Origin: a virus
Taxonomy: Duplodnaviria > Caudoviricetes
Strand: one strand, 5' to 3'
DNA length: 53,865 nt
IMG/VR virus record: IMGVR_UViG_3300033513_000009
Span: 1-53,865 of that record
The notes beneath the pieces were generated by a model that ran no database searches, had not been told where the DNA came from, and worked only from the letters and a program-made list of their open reading frames with translations. A program made the translations under genes and the position numbers. This document shows, piece by piece, positions 29,232 to 38,630 of this stretch (position 1 is the stretch's first letter; every line of letters begins with the position of its first letter).

Positions 29232-30663
29232 GACTAGCTATCACTCCATCTAAAACTTCCCACATTTCTTTTGATTTCCAAACTTTTTCAACCTGACCCT
29301 GTACTTCATCGGAAGGACTCTCTACCGTCTGTGGATTGGTTTTCTTTTTAGGACGAGGAGGATTACTCTTATCTGTCTCAGAACTACTTGAAGGAACCCC
29401 ACCAGCTTCCTCAGTAGGAGGAGTTGCGGTTTCTGGAAGTGGGTCTAAACCCTCTTCTGCCCTGATTTCATCAATGGTGAATACACCTGCCTGTAGATAC
29501 TGCATATTTTTTGAAACATAATTAGGGTCTTGAAGGTCTTTGCTAATCACCCAATCAAATTCAATATCATCATAACCAAAATCTTCCAGCACGATACCAT
29601 CAATTAAATCCTTTATTAGTTGTTTGTCTGTTTCCAGCCCTGCACCCGTAGCCTCTAAGTGTATCTGTTCAGCTACTGCCCTATTTGTATTAACAAGCGC
29701 CGTAGGAGAAACATAGAAAACAGCACATAATTGTTTAATCAATGTCTCCATCTGATTTAGGTCAAAAGTAGCGGGAGAAATCTGCTGAAAGCTCTTAAAG
29801 AAGTCTGGTAGGGGGATGAGTTGTCCAATTCTCTGGAAATCACCTTTATTCGTCTTATTATAGGCTTCAAGGAATCTAGCTAACTGGACAGGGTTGGTTC
29901 CCTGATTGGTGAACAAGAATCCACCCGGTATATTACCGTTGGTATAAATATTTATAGCGTGCATTTCCTGACGAATAAGCAGGTTTATATTAAAGGAAGC
30001 AATCTCGACAGGTGATTTGCCATACATGGAATCGGGTTGCGGATTCGAAACTATGTAAATCATCTCATCTCTTGTATACTGAGACTGAACTTGCCCCTGT
30101 ATTACTTGCTGGTAGGCTGGGTCTGGAGCTTCAGGAATGGTGAATAAGTCTGTTCCCAATATTTTAATAGTGGAGCCACTTACTACCCTTAGTCTATTCA
30201 GTTTATTTGCTATTGTTTTTTCTTTATAAAGATAGCTCGCATCATAGACCAGAATATCTTCCATAATACGAGATAACCAGTTATCCCATCTTGTATCTTT
30301 ATCGGGTCTTTTGAAAAATGCCGTCAATTCCTCGATTCGTTTTTCATCATTTGAATTGGGATTTTTTTTGTCTTTAGTTCTGAATTGCCATTGAAGAGCC
30401 TTTATATTATATTTACGATTAGAAATAAGAAGAGAGGTGATTGGCTCGGTTGACAGAAACTTTAATTGCTGGAAACTTGAGAGGACTTCCTTGCCCGATT
30501 TTCTCTGAGTAATATTGAAGTTATACCCAGTTGTAAAATCAGCACCACGAGGCTGTATATTATCATAAGTAGGCTTGAGTGGAAGACCAACACGGGGTAT
30601 CCCTCGTTGCTCAAACGCACTCATTTCCTCCAGTGATAATGGAACTATTCTTTCGTTAGACAA
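29221..30663 (-). CDS. Portal protein
   Basis: YGKSPVE, NGNIPGG, VFTIDEIRAEEGLDPL (HK97-type portal). Confidence 0.92.
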   Translation of the reverse strand: MSNERIVPLSLEEMSAFEQRGIPRVGLPLKPTYDNIQPRGADFTTGYNFNITQRKSGKEVLSSFQQLKFLSTEPITSLLISNRKYNIKALQWQFRTKDKKNPNSNDEKRIEELTAFFKRPDKDTRWDNWLSRIMEDILVYDASYLYKEKTIANKLNRLRVVSGSTIKILGTDLFTIPEAPDPAYQQVIQGQVQSQYTRDEMIYIVSNPQPDSMYGKSPVEIASFNINLLIRQEMHAINIYTNGNIPGGFLFTNQGTNPVQLARFLEAYNKTNKGDFQRIGQLIPLPDFFKSFQQISPATFDLNQMETLIKQLCAVFYVSPTALVNTNRAVAEQIHLEATGAGLETDKQLIKDLIDGIVLEDFGYDDIEFDWVISKDLQDPNYVSKNMQYLQAGVFTIDEIRAEEGLDPLPETATPPTEEAGGVPSSSSETDKSNPPRPKKKTNPQTVESPSDEVQGQVEKVWKSKEMWEVLDGVIASLDR

Positions 30664-30664
30664 T

Positions 30665-30919
30665 CTATCCTCCTATTTTTCTTATACATGCTTCAATCAA
30701 TAAATATACCTTGCGATAGGCTTCGGCTTCAATTTGCGCATTCTCTATCTGTTTCCCAAGGAATTCTGTAGGAACCGCACTATATTTATTCATTAAATTT
30801 TCTTCTCTTTTTTCGACACTATCCAGCATTCGATTAATTTCTTTCAGGAGGTACATTAGTGCCCCTAAATCTTCTTTGTTACTATAATCAAACTCAAGAA
30901 AGTCTTGCAATATTTTCAT
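30665..30919 (-). CDS. Hypothetical protein
   Basis: Helical 84-aa ORF between TerL and portal. Confidence 0.55.
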   Translation of the reverse strand: MKILQDFLEFDYSNKEDLGALMYLLKEINRMLDSVEKREENLMNKYSAVPTEFLGKQIENAQIEAEAYRKVYLLIEACIRKIGG

Positions 30920-30940
30920 ATTATATCCTATAAATTAAAC

Positions 30941-33900
30941 TTAAATCTTAGCCTCTTCATTATTTTCCCTTTCTGCCTCTTTTTGGGTATTATAGAAGGT
31001 TGACCACATGCGAACACTGCCTAGATTAAAGAAATTTAAGGCTTGTGATAGGGAATCACAGTTGGAAACTAGTATATTATTGGCGAAATACACATGCTCT
31101 TTATCTACTGTTAGATTGTACACGTTTTCTCCAGTTTGCCCAATTGAACTTAGCGGTACAAGATTTGCTACAGGTTCGTTTTGTTTGCTTGGGATTTTCC
31201 TTCCGTATGGTTTTGAAGGTTGTCCCGCAATATTCACATTGTAATTCGATGTCATACATTCCCGTAGATTCCCTGTGCTTTCTCCCACATTGTGGTCGGC
31301 AATATTTGGGATTGTAATAGGAAGCCAAGAATTCTTTTTTACACCACAGGCATTCATGTTTCGATTGTTCTCGTTTTCCAAAGGAATGATTTTTGGCATG
31401 TTGGCGATGCCATTCCTTTCCTGCTTCTGATTTATGCCATTCCTTTGCGTCTTCCCTAATTTTTGCCAAATGCTCAATTTGTTTTTCTTTATCCTTAACA
31501 GGATGTTGCCTACGGTGTTCCCTAACTGATATACATTCCAGATTAGAGAAGTCGTTATTAAACCAATCCCCATCCTTATGGTGAATGTGATAGCCTTTTG
31601 GAACTGCTTGCCCTGCATAAAATTCCCAAATTGCAACATGAAGTCCTTTAGCACATCTTCTTCCTGCATTGGTTTTTGACTGGCTAAGATAATATCTTCC
31701 CGCCCCCATGAGGGTATATTTTGTTCCATTGAATATAATATTTTTCTGTATTTCCATCTCAAAAGCTCTCCCCAATTTAATTGTTTTGTTTCTTCAATTG
31801 TTACCTTTCCTAAATCCCTAAAACCATCCTTCGTGAAAACTGGATGATTTGGGGTTCCTGTTAATCCAATATTCGAAACTACATTATGTTTTCCCGTATA
31901 ACCACAAGTTAATACTCTACAAATTCCCGAAGGAGTGATAACCCAATCGTTTTTTGTGATTTCCTCGATAGGTTTGTTTCCGAACAATGTAGCTATTTGG
32001 GTTCCAGCCACGAAACAAATATCATCATTCTTATGTGTTCCCGCTGGCGAAAAGGCTAAGTGTTCCTCAATAATATCCACTGTCCACGCCTTGTCAGAAG
32101 GTACGTAGACCTGAGAGCCCCTGTAATAGCCGATTACTGTACTCACCCTATAGAGTTTATCAGGAGCTCCCTTAAATCCCCCTCCCTCTGCCTGAATATT
32201 GGTTGCCATTGGAATAGAAAGACCCGATTCTCGTAATTCCTGAATAAGCTGATGTCCACTTGACCTATCCTCTATAATAATATTAGTAGGCTGGTATTTA
32301 GCATTAAGGAGCAAGAGATTTTGTTTTAATTCATGGTATTGAACCTTCTCTCTGAACATATCCACGACATAATAATGACCCTTTGCTGTTAATCCCATTA
32401 CGAGGAGCACGCTATAATCATTATGCTGACCCGTTTTTACCGCCGTGTCGCATGAGATTATCAAGTCATCAAAGGCAGGGGTCTCGGAACTATCATAAAA
32501 CTGAAAATCATCCCTGTTAAATACCGCTCCATCAAGAGGGTTGGGAACCTGCATATACTGAGCGGCAAATCCAAAAGCCATATTTCTTTTAATGCGTTCA
32601 ACCTCTTCGGCAGGAAACCTTTCACCCCAGAATAAATCACCATCTTTTGCATATCCCTCAATCACTACCCCTTCTGGTAATTTGACTATACGTTCATCGT
32701 AAGTTATAGGAAGGACAATACCGTCATATTGGTCTTTTATTTGAGCTATGATGTCATCTTCATGGAGCCTCTGCATTATCAACCAACGACTTCCAATAGT
32801 TTGCGAGTTAAGACGAGAATAAAGAGTTACATTAAACCATTCATTAGCTGAATTTAGTTTCGTTATACTACTAGCATCTTGAGGTTTGAGGTAGTCGTCG
32901 ATTATTATGCAATTGTGGACGAGTATTTCATTTGCAAAGAAGTTGTGATTTCCTTCCACTTGGATGTCATAGACCCTGACCCCTCTATCGCGTATTGGGA
33001 CAACCATTTGTACGGTGTCTCCATCGAATGATGATGAATTGTATGACATATTAAGCAAATTGCCACCAAGTTCTCCGCCACATTGTTCTTCGGATTTTCG
33101 TCTATATGGTGAATTATCATATTGGAATGTCTCATCTTTCCATACCTGTTCCTTTTTATCGAAAAGGTTTGAGGTTTGTGACAAACTACACAGGCTTCCT
33201 TCTCCCTTTCCAATATCAAGGGGCGCATCTCGTAAAACCATTTGGAGTAACTTCTTCCCTCCTTGTAATGAGAATTCCCAGTTCCAATCATTCTCTTTGA
33301 ATGAGCCTTGTTTTTGCATATCATCGAGCAATACATACTTCTTGTACTCTTCCCCATAAATTCTTTTTGACAAAAGTGACAATTGATTTGCTTCAATTTT
33401 TTCCTGCTCTTGGGCGATTTCAGACGACATTCTATCGAACAAAATCTCATCGTCTTTTTGGGTACCATACTCGAACATATCTCGCATTTTCGACGATTTT
33501 TGAAAGAATGATGTTTTTCCGAGCATGTTGCGGAGCAATAAAAATCCTTTCGTCCCTTCTTTATTGATTTTTCCACATTGAACTTGCTTCTCCTGAATTC
33601 CTTGTGACACAGGGAGCATTCCAGTACGAATACAATCTTCCTCGCTTTTTGATAACATGTCCAACATATTGTTCTGCCTTCCGATTTTTTCCCCTGACAT
33701 ATTGGGCACCCCTCCGTTGCTGATAATAAGCTTATCTCCGTTCCCAAGAAGTTGTGCTTGTGTATATCCAAATCCTGTTGTGTATATACGATGTTTTCCC
33801 GTAGCCCTGATATAACGCCCTTTATTTGTGGTGATTTCATGAATATCATTGCTAACTGAAACCTTCGTTGCAACAATATTTCTCCATTCTGTTTGTTCTG

Positions 33901-34501
33901 TCTCATGATTATATGATAATACTCTTGGCATTTCCTTTAAATTTACTATCTCCTCAATAGTCATATTTCCCCATTCAGTAGCAATCATTGTCTCCCCCAC
34001 CAGACAATCAGCACCTGAGCCGGTTATTGCCGCAGCAGTCGAGGTAGCGATACGTTCTCCACCCTGATTGTTGAAGAACTTAACCTTTTCGTTCTGAGCG
34101 CCGTGTAGTTGGTAAATCTCCCCAAACCATCTCTGGTATTTCTCACTCTGGATAATAACCCTAGATTTGACCGAAAGCTCGTTTGCTAGTGTATCGGTGT
34201 GAGAGGCTACAATGAATTTCAAATATGGATAATGTACCCACGCCCATCCAACCGACATGATTGAAAATATATAAGATTTCATACAACGGGGAGGGATATT
34301 CACATAATGGTCGCGGGTTTTTGGTAGTCTCTGCCCAACCCTGAGAATATCTTTTTGAAATTCATCGCATAGGACTTTGATATGCCAGTTATCCGAAAGA
34401 GGTGTACCCGGTTCCAGTACTTCCCAAAATTCCTTTATAAAATGATAATAACTGCGACGAGCTCTTTCACGTCGTACCAACTCATTAGGCGGTATAAACA
34501 T
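30941..34501 (-). CDS. terL: Terminase large subunit with two inteins (about 502 aa after splicing)
   Basis: NIPPRCMKS Walker A; spliced GAD-CIIIDD Walker B; MQRLHEDD; SCDTA, IEDRSSG and DDI-CDS nuclease motifs. Confidence 0.95.
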   Translation of the reverse strand: MFIPPNELVRRERARRSYYHFIKEFWEVLEPGTPLSDNWHIKVLCDEFQKDILRVGQRLPKTRDHYVNIPPRCMKSYIFSIMSVGWAWVHYPYLKFIVASHTDTLANELSVKSRVIIQSEKYQRWFGEIYQLHGAQNEKVKFFNNQGGERIATSTAAAITGSGADCLVGETMIATEWGNMTIEEIVNLKEMPRVLSYNHETEQTEWRNIVATKVSVSNDIHEITTNKGRYIRATGKHRIYTTGFGYTQAQLLGNGDKLIISNGGVPNMSGEKIGRQNNMLDMLSKSEEDCIRTGMLPVSQGIQEKQVQCGKINKEGTKGFLLLRNMLGKTSFFQKSSKMRDMFEYGTQKDDEILFDRMSSEIAQEQEKIEANQLSLLSKRIYGEEYKKYVLLDDMQKQGSFKENDWNWEFSLQGGKKLLQMVLRDAPLDIGKGEGSLCSLSQTSNLFDKKEQVWKDETFQYDNSPYRRKSEEQCGGELGGNLLNMSYNSSSFDGDTVQMVVPIRDRGVRVYDIQVEGNHNFFANEILVHNCIIIDDYLKPQDASSITKLNSANEWFNVTLYSRLNSQTIGSRWLIMQRLHEDDIIAQIKDQYDGIVLPITYDERIVKLPEGVVIEGYAKDGDLFWGERFPAEEVERIKRNMAFGFAAQYMQVPNPLDGAVFNRDDFQFYDSSETPAFDDLIISCDTAVKTGQHNDYSVLLVMGLTAKGHYYVVDMFREKVQYHELKQNLLLLNAKYQPTNIIIEDRSSGHQLIQELRESGLSIPMATNIQAEGGGFKGAPDKLYRVSTVIGYYRGSQVYVPSDKAWTVDIIEEHLAFSPAGTHKNDDICFVAGTQIATLFGNKPIEEITKNDWVITPSGICRVLTCGYTGKHNVVSNIGLTGTPNHPVFTKDGFRDLGKVTIEETKQLNWGELLRWKYRKILYSMEQNIPSWGREDIILASQKPMQEEDVLKDFMLQFGNFMQGKQFQKAITFTIRMGIGLITTSLIWNVYQLGNTVGNILLRIKKNKLSIWQKLGKTQRNGINQKQERNGIANMPKIIPLENENNRNMNACGVKKNSWLPITIPNIADHNVGESTGNLRECMTSNYNVNIAGQPSKPYGRKIPSKQNEPVANLVPLSSIGQTGENVYNLTVDKEHVYFANNILVSNCDSLSQALNFFNLGSVRMWSTFYNTQKEAERENNEEAKI
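31061..32017 (-). mobile_element. Intein 2 in the TerL nuclease domain (319 aa)
   Basis: Starts CFVAGTQIAT, block B TPNHPVF, ends YNLTV..HVYFANNILVSN|C. Confidence 0.9.
31101..31757 (-). CDS. HNH homing endonuclease in an alternate frame inside intein 2
   Basis: LHVAIWE..HIHHKDGDWFNNDFSNLECI..H plus CxxC fingers; GGGGAGAG RBS 8 nt before ATG 31757. Confidence 0.85.
   Translation of the reverse strand: MEIQKNIIFNGTKYTLMGAGRYYLSQSKTNAGRRCAKGLHVAIWEFYAGQAVPKGYHIHHKDGDWFNNDFSNLECISVREHRRQHPVKDKEKQIEHLAKIREDAKEWHKSEAGKEWHRQHAKNHSFGKREQSKHECLWCKKEFLASYYNPKYCRPQCGRKHRESTGMYDIELQCEYCGTTFKTIRKENPKQTKRTCSKSCTAKFNWANWRKRVQSNSR
32905..33906 (-). CDS. Zinc-finger HNH homing endonuclease in an alternate frame inside intein 1 (start uncertain)
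   Basis: Multiple CxxC/YCSxxC repeats then CVVC..IHHIDENPKNNVAENLVAICLICH. Confidence 0.85.
   Translation of the reverse strand: MRQNKQNGEILLQRRFQLAMIFMKSPQIKGVISGLRENIVYTQQDLDIHKHNFLGTEISLLSATEGCPICQGKKSEGRTICWTCYQKARKIVFVLECSLCHKEFRRSKFNVEKSIKKGRKDFYCSATCSEKHHSFKNRRKCEICSSMVPKKTMRFCSIECRLKSPKSRKKLKQINCHFCQKEFMGKSTRSMYCSMICKNKAHSKRMIGTGNSHYKEGRSYSKWFYEMRPLILEREKEACVVCHKPQTFSIKRNRYGKMRHSNMIIHHIDENPKNNVAENLVAICLICHTIHHHSMETPYKWLSQYAIEGSGSMTSKWKEITTSLQMKYSSTIA
32912..34006 (-). mobile_element. Intein 1 at the TerL Walker B (365 aa)
   Basis: Starts CLVGETMIAT, block B ATGKHRIYT, ends VYDIQVEGNHNFFANEILVHN|C. Confidence 0.93.
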
Positions 34502-34670
34502 AGTATCTCCCCTTAGACCCGCATGTATCGGTTGGTTTTATACCTAGATTCAATATCGCCACCTTATCCTCTCTTTCTTCGGTACATTTATGTATTTCAC
34601 CTTTTATCCTTATGCAATACTCTATCTCTCCGATTTTGTCACAATGTTTGCAATTATTACACTGTTGCAT
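34485..34670 (-). CDS. Small Cys-rich protein
   Basis: CNNCKHC..C..C..CG; overlaps the TerL start. Confidence 0.55.
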   Translation of the reverse strand: MQQCNNCKHCDKIGEIEYCIRIKGEIHKCTEEREDKVAILNLGIKPTDTCGSKGRYYVYTA

Positions 34671-34920
34671 ATTTCCTCTTCATAGAAGCTTTATATGCTG
34701 GACGACAGTGCCTATGAACAACCGTTTTTTCGTCAGTAATATCAACATCAAGGGCATCTCCACAATGCTTGCACAATTTTGCCACTTCTTCGGAATCCCA
34801 TTTAGCCCATAATTTACGAGAACAATCATCACAACGACTATTAGCCATGGCAAGAATATCAACCCATTCACCACAACTGCATTGACCTAGCACCGTTTTC
34901 CTCACTATGCGGTAATTCAC
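34657..34920 (-). CDS. Small zinc-ribbon protein
   Basis: CSCG, CDDC, CKHC, HRHC. Confidence 0.55.
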   Translation of the reverse strand: MNYRIVRKTVLGQCSCGEWVDILAMANSRCDDCSRKLWAKWDSEEVAKLCKHCGDALDVDITDEKTVVHRHCRPAYKASMKRKYATV

Positions 34921-35348
34921 TATCTCTGTAGACCATTGAAAACTTTACGTATATCACCCTTTTTAGTGACTGCCCACTTTTTGCCTTCTGATTTGAGCCA
35001 CAGGTAATTAACCTGAAAATCACTAAAGCTATCGTTGTCTATAACTATTTCCCAATCCAAAATCCTATCCCCGATTACATACCCGCTATCCAAAGCTTCG
35101 GTTTTAGTGATAACATCTATTTGTAGTTTCGGGTAGTCATAGATAATCCTATCACTCCCGTCTTTCAATGTTACCCTGAATGGGTTGGGGTCTATCTTCC
35201 CCTCCGTTACAGCATGGTACATAATGAGGCAAACGCCATCTTTTTTGCGATACTCATTCACCATTTCGACTTTTGGGAGTCTTGTTTTATTTACCATTAA
35301 TTCCTCCATGATGAAATAATTATAAAGGCACCTCTGTGTCACAGTCAA
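34920..35348 (-). CDS. Hypothetical protein
   Basis: Coupled ORF; true start possibly at MVNK after GGAGG. Confidence 0.55.
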   Translation of the reverse strand: MTVTQRCLYNYFIMEELMVNKTRLPKVEMVNEYRKKDGVCLIMYHAVTEGKIDPNPFRVTLKDGSDRIIYDYPKLQIDVITKTEALDSGYVIGDRILDWEIVIDNDSFSDFQVNYLWLKSEGKKWAVTKKGDIRKVFNGLQR

Positions 35349-35668
35349 CCCCCCTCCGTAAAAATTTCCCCTCTCACACTCTCCCTATATATAAACTACA
35401 GTAATACAAATATTCTTATACTCTTATAATAACTACTATTATAATACATATATACGCGCGCGCATGAGATTTTGAAGAACAAGGCTGTGACTGGATTTGA
35501 TGCAAATGCAATGCAAAAGTTCCAAATTTGCACGAAATCATATCGGTTTCGTGCAAAAAGTGATTTTTTGCATCAAAAATTTGTGATTTTACGTCACAAA
35601 TAGCGTATTTACCTTAAATTGTCAATATTCTTGGCTTGGAACTAAAATCATGTGGTATAATATCTGGG

Positions 35669-36133
35669 ATGAAAAAAATAATACTAATAACAATGATGGT
35701 TGTTTTTTCTGGTTTGGTTTGCGATAAAATAGAAGCTGGGGGTATGGGCAATTATGAAAAAAGTACCGCCGTCGTTATTTATCAGATTACTGGTAAGTAT
35801 ATGCCTGATGTCGCTAATGCAATTAATGAGGTATGTGAGAAATATCCAGAAATTGATAAAAAGGAATTTCTGGCAGTTGCATTTCAGGAAAGCTCATTTA
35901 ACAAAAATCTCATCAAAAATGGGGATTATGGTCTTTTCCAAGTACATTTGACATTTTGGCAAGATAAGTATGACCTTGATAGGCATAATGTTATGGATGT
36001 ACGAGTAAATACATATGTAGCGGCTGAGATTTGGCTTTGGGCTAATGAGGATTATGGCAGATATTGCGGAACAAAAAAGAATGTTAAATATTATCGTAAA
36101 AAACTTGCTGTCATAAAGAGGTTAATGGCATAA
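35669..36133 (+). CDS. Lytic transglycosylase (SLT) with N-terminal signal/anchor
   Basis: AVAFQESSF catalytic Glu, DYGLFQV motif; MKKIILIT hydrophobic start. Confidence 0.85.
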   Translation: MKKIILITMMVVFSGLVCDKIEAGGMGNYEKSTAVVIYQITGKYMPDVANAINEVCEKYPEIDKKEFLAVAFQESSFNKNLIKNGDYGLFQVHLTFWQDKYDLDRHNVMDVRVNTYVAAEIWLWANEDYGRYCGTKKNVKYYRKKLAVIKRLMA

Positions 36134-36281
36134 TGAAGGTTGTTGAAGTTAAAGTTATTGAAGAGTACAAGAAAAGAAAGGAGGTAAGCGCCTCCTTTTT
36201 GGACAAAGATAATGAGGAGTATATTGCACTAATGAGGGAAATTGCCCTATTAGACATGCTTCTTTTGTATGGGGTAGACGC

Positions 36282-36329
36282 TTGACATCCTAGTTCCGAA
36301 ATGTTATAATCTGTTTATAGCATTTCGGA
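36282..36329 (+). promoter_or_regulatory. Consensus promoter with inverted repeat
   Basis: TTGACA(36282)-17-TATAAT(36305) with TG extension; TCCGAAATG/CATTTCGGA arms. Confidence 0.8.
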
Positions 36330-36335
36330 GATAAT

Positions 36336-37288
36336 ATGAAAATCACAGCATTGGGTGTCAACTCAGCTTTCGCCATTGGTAGTTCCAAAAATGGTCTTTA
36401 CGACCCTAAATTCCAGAGTAATTTCCTAATTGAATTCCCTCAAGAAAATGGGGATACCTATAAATTCGTACTAGATTTTGGAGGAGATATTCGTCATTCA
36501 TTGGCAATGGCGGGGCTTAAGGTGGGTGATATTGATGGCTGGTACTCCTCACACCCACATGCTGACCATATAGGGGGCGTGGAGGCAATAGCACTATCAA
36601 CTATCTTTAATCCATATTATCATAAGGTTACAACAGAAATCAGCTTAAATAAATCCCTTAACGGAATCAATAATACAACAAGCCCTGATAAAAAACTTTA
36701 TTGGGCGAGAAGTCTATTGTTGAATTCCTGAATGAGGGGAATGATTTTGAGCCTTCAATGAAGCCCGACCTTTTTGGGCATCCCGAAGTTCTAAAGAAGT
36801 TATGGAAATCAGCGGAAGCAGGGCTAGATACGATTCAGGGTGTCCACAAGCCGACATTATCAACATTCTTTCACGTAATAAGAATGGAGGCTGGAGCAAA
36901 AAAGATATTCATGGAAATTAAAGATAGGAAGAGAAGAGTGTGGGCTTTCCATACGATTGAGAGCGTACATGTTATTGCTGGTTATCGCCACATGCCTTCT
37001 TATGGCTTATTTTTCGAAGCAGATGATGGAACTAAGATTTATTTTCCAACAGATACTCTTTATATGTCTCCTCCTACCATGGAAACTTTTTACAGGAAGG
37101 CTAATGTAATCTATCAGGACTGCGAAACAGGCATTAAGTCGGGCGTCCATAGTCACATAGATGATATAAAGAAAAGCGACCCCTCAATTAAGCGTAAATG
37201 TTATCTTTATCACTATAATGAGGAGCCGATTGTTGAGGAAGGTGAATTCGCAGGAATTCTAAGAAGGGGTGATGTGCATGAGTGGTAA
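36336..37288 (+). CDS. MBL-fold hydrolase (Apyc1/RNase Z-like), split by a 1-nt frameshift
   Basis: LGVNSAF, DFGGD, SHPHADHIGG, HV, TD, DC..SGVH, YHY; one extra A in the A6 run at 36690-36695 joins the two ORFs. Confidence 0.8.
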
Positions 37289-37289
37289 A

Positions 37290-37634
37290 TTATTCCACAT
37301 AGTGCCAGTCAGTTACTTCATCAATTGTGTTTAGAATAAGACGGCAGATATTTTCCAATATCTCAACCCCTTCTTTTTCGGAATAGGTTGGTGTTTGGCA
37401 ACTGCCGACAAATATACTAAACTTATCAGGACTATTATTTATCTCGAATTGAATAAGATATTTATAGTCTTGATTTGTTAGAGGGACACTTCTTTTTAGT
37501 AGTTCCGAGTGAATAGCCATTTCTACTTCAACCCTTGTTCTACCCTGTACTGTTGTATGCCCTAATGCCGATAGAATACAGTTTTGGCAAAGCACACCCT
37601 CTACAGTAGGTTTTCCACATTTAAGACATTGCAT
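37290..37634 (-). CDS. Hypothetical with N-terminal Zn ribbon
   Basis: CLKC..CQNC. Confidence 0.55.
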   Translation of the reverse strand: MQCLKCGKPTVEGVLCQNCILSALGHTTVQGRTRVEVEMAIHSELLKRSVPLTNQDYKYLIQFEINNSPDKFSIFVGSCQTPTYSEKEGVEILENICRLILNTIDEVTDWHYVE

Positions 37635-37842
37635 ACGGGAGCTCCTTCAGCTTGTTTTCTAAAAAATCAACCTTATTCCTGTAGTCAATAATATTGTTCT
37701 GGATACATTCTATAAAAGAACGATGGTCGTTTACCAGTACGGTATTACTTATCTCCCCCACAATCTCTACAAATCTTCTTGCAACCTCCAACTCTTCTTC
37801 CTCTAATGTATAATTAGGGAACTGTTTTTGAATTTTTAACAT
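37621..37842 (-). CDS. Hypothetical protein
   Basis: AGGAGG RBS and consensus promoter. Confidence 0.65.
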   Translation of the reverse strand: MLKIQKQFPNYTLEEEELEVARRFVEIVGEISNTVLVNDHRSFIECIQNNIIDYRNKVDFLENKLKELPYAMS

Positions 37843-37844
37843 AA

Positions 37845-37888
37845 AAGCCTCCTATGAATATTATATCATAAGAGGCTTAATTTGTCAA
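37845..37888 (-). promoter_or_regulatory. Consensus promoter with inverted repeat
   Basis: TTGACA(37888-37883)-17-TATAAT(37865-37860); AAGCCTC/GAGGCTT arms. Confidence 0.8.
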
Positions 37889-38571
37889 ATCCCACCAAGT
37901 AGTTTTTCCAGTGTTCTTGAGTTTTCTATTTCGTCACCTATTAGCTGTCCTTTATCAATTAGACGTGCCAAAACTTGCGCCAAACTATCGAGAGGTATAC
38001 TATAACCCTTCTTTAGGTATTTCCCTACCCTTATAAGCGACCCAGCGGGTTCTTCCTCCCTGATTGGTCTAGTATAAATCAATCTTTTCGCAGAAAGGTC
38101 TATATAGAATCTTTCAGAACAAAGAGATTGCCAATGATTGTCCTGATAATAGATAACTGCTTGGCAGAGAGAAAAATCAAAATCATTGATGACCTTTTCG
38201 GCAGTATCATACTTCCATCTTTTGACAATCTGTATTGGATAACGAAGGGTTCTAATGGTATAGGCATTTATAGTTTCATATGCTTCGGTTGCAAGAAATT
38301 CGGATACTAATAAATTAGCATCTTGTGTGAATAGGTCTATATCATTAATTTTTTCATTTGCAATAACAGCCCGAATAAATCCACCAGCAAGGAAGATTTT
38401 CCCCTGCCATTCATCTTTTTGCATTACCTTAATAAGGTCGTAAGGTATTCTCTTTACGACCTTATTAACATCGTAATTATCCAACGACCTCATCGGTATC
38501 CTTTTTAATATCAGTTTCTTTTTTAATATCGGTTTCTTTAATACTGAAAACACTACCATCATCAGCTTCAA
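37885..38571 (-). CDS. Nucleotidyltransferase (Pol-beta/CCA head-like, short)
   Basis: LAGGFIR..NDIDLF, FDFSLCQA, R..KY..KGY. Confidence 0.75.
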   Translation of the reverse strand: MKLMMVVFSVLKKPILKKKLILKRIPMRSLDNYDVNKVVKRIPYDLIKVMQKDEWQGKIFLAGGFIRAVIANEKINDIDLFTQDANLLVSEFLATEAYETINAYTIRTLRYPIQIVKRWKYDTAEKVINDFDFSLCQAVIYYQDNHWQSLCSERFYIDLSAKRLIYTRPIREEEPAGSLIRVGKYLKKGYSIPLDSLAQVLARLIDKGQLIGDEIENSRTLEKLLGGI

Positions 38572-38630
38572 TCAGGAGGGGAAAGTTCTTACTGAATTTA
38601 TCGTTAATCACCTTTCCTTCCCTGCCGTCA

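Noticed and set aside
31061-34006. Out-of-frame HNH ORFs as assembly frameshift artefacts
   Set aside because: The TerL frame is continuous with intact splice junctions while the second frames are also open for 220-330 codons; this would need paired compensating errors twice
35582-35598. CRP site TGTGA..TCACA
   Set aside because: Spacer is 7 nt rather than the canonical 6; kept only as a generic palindrome
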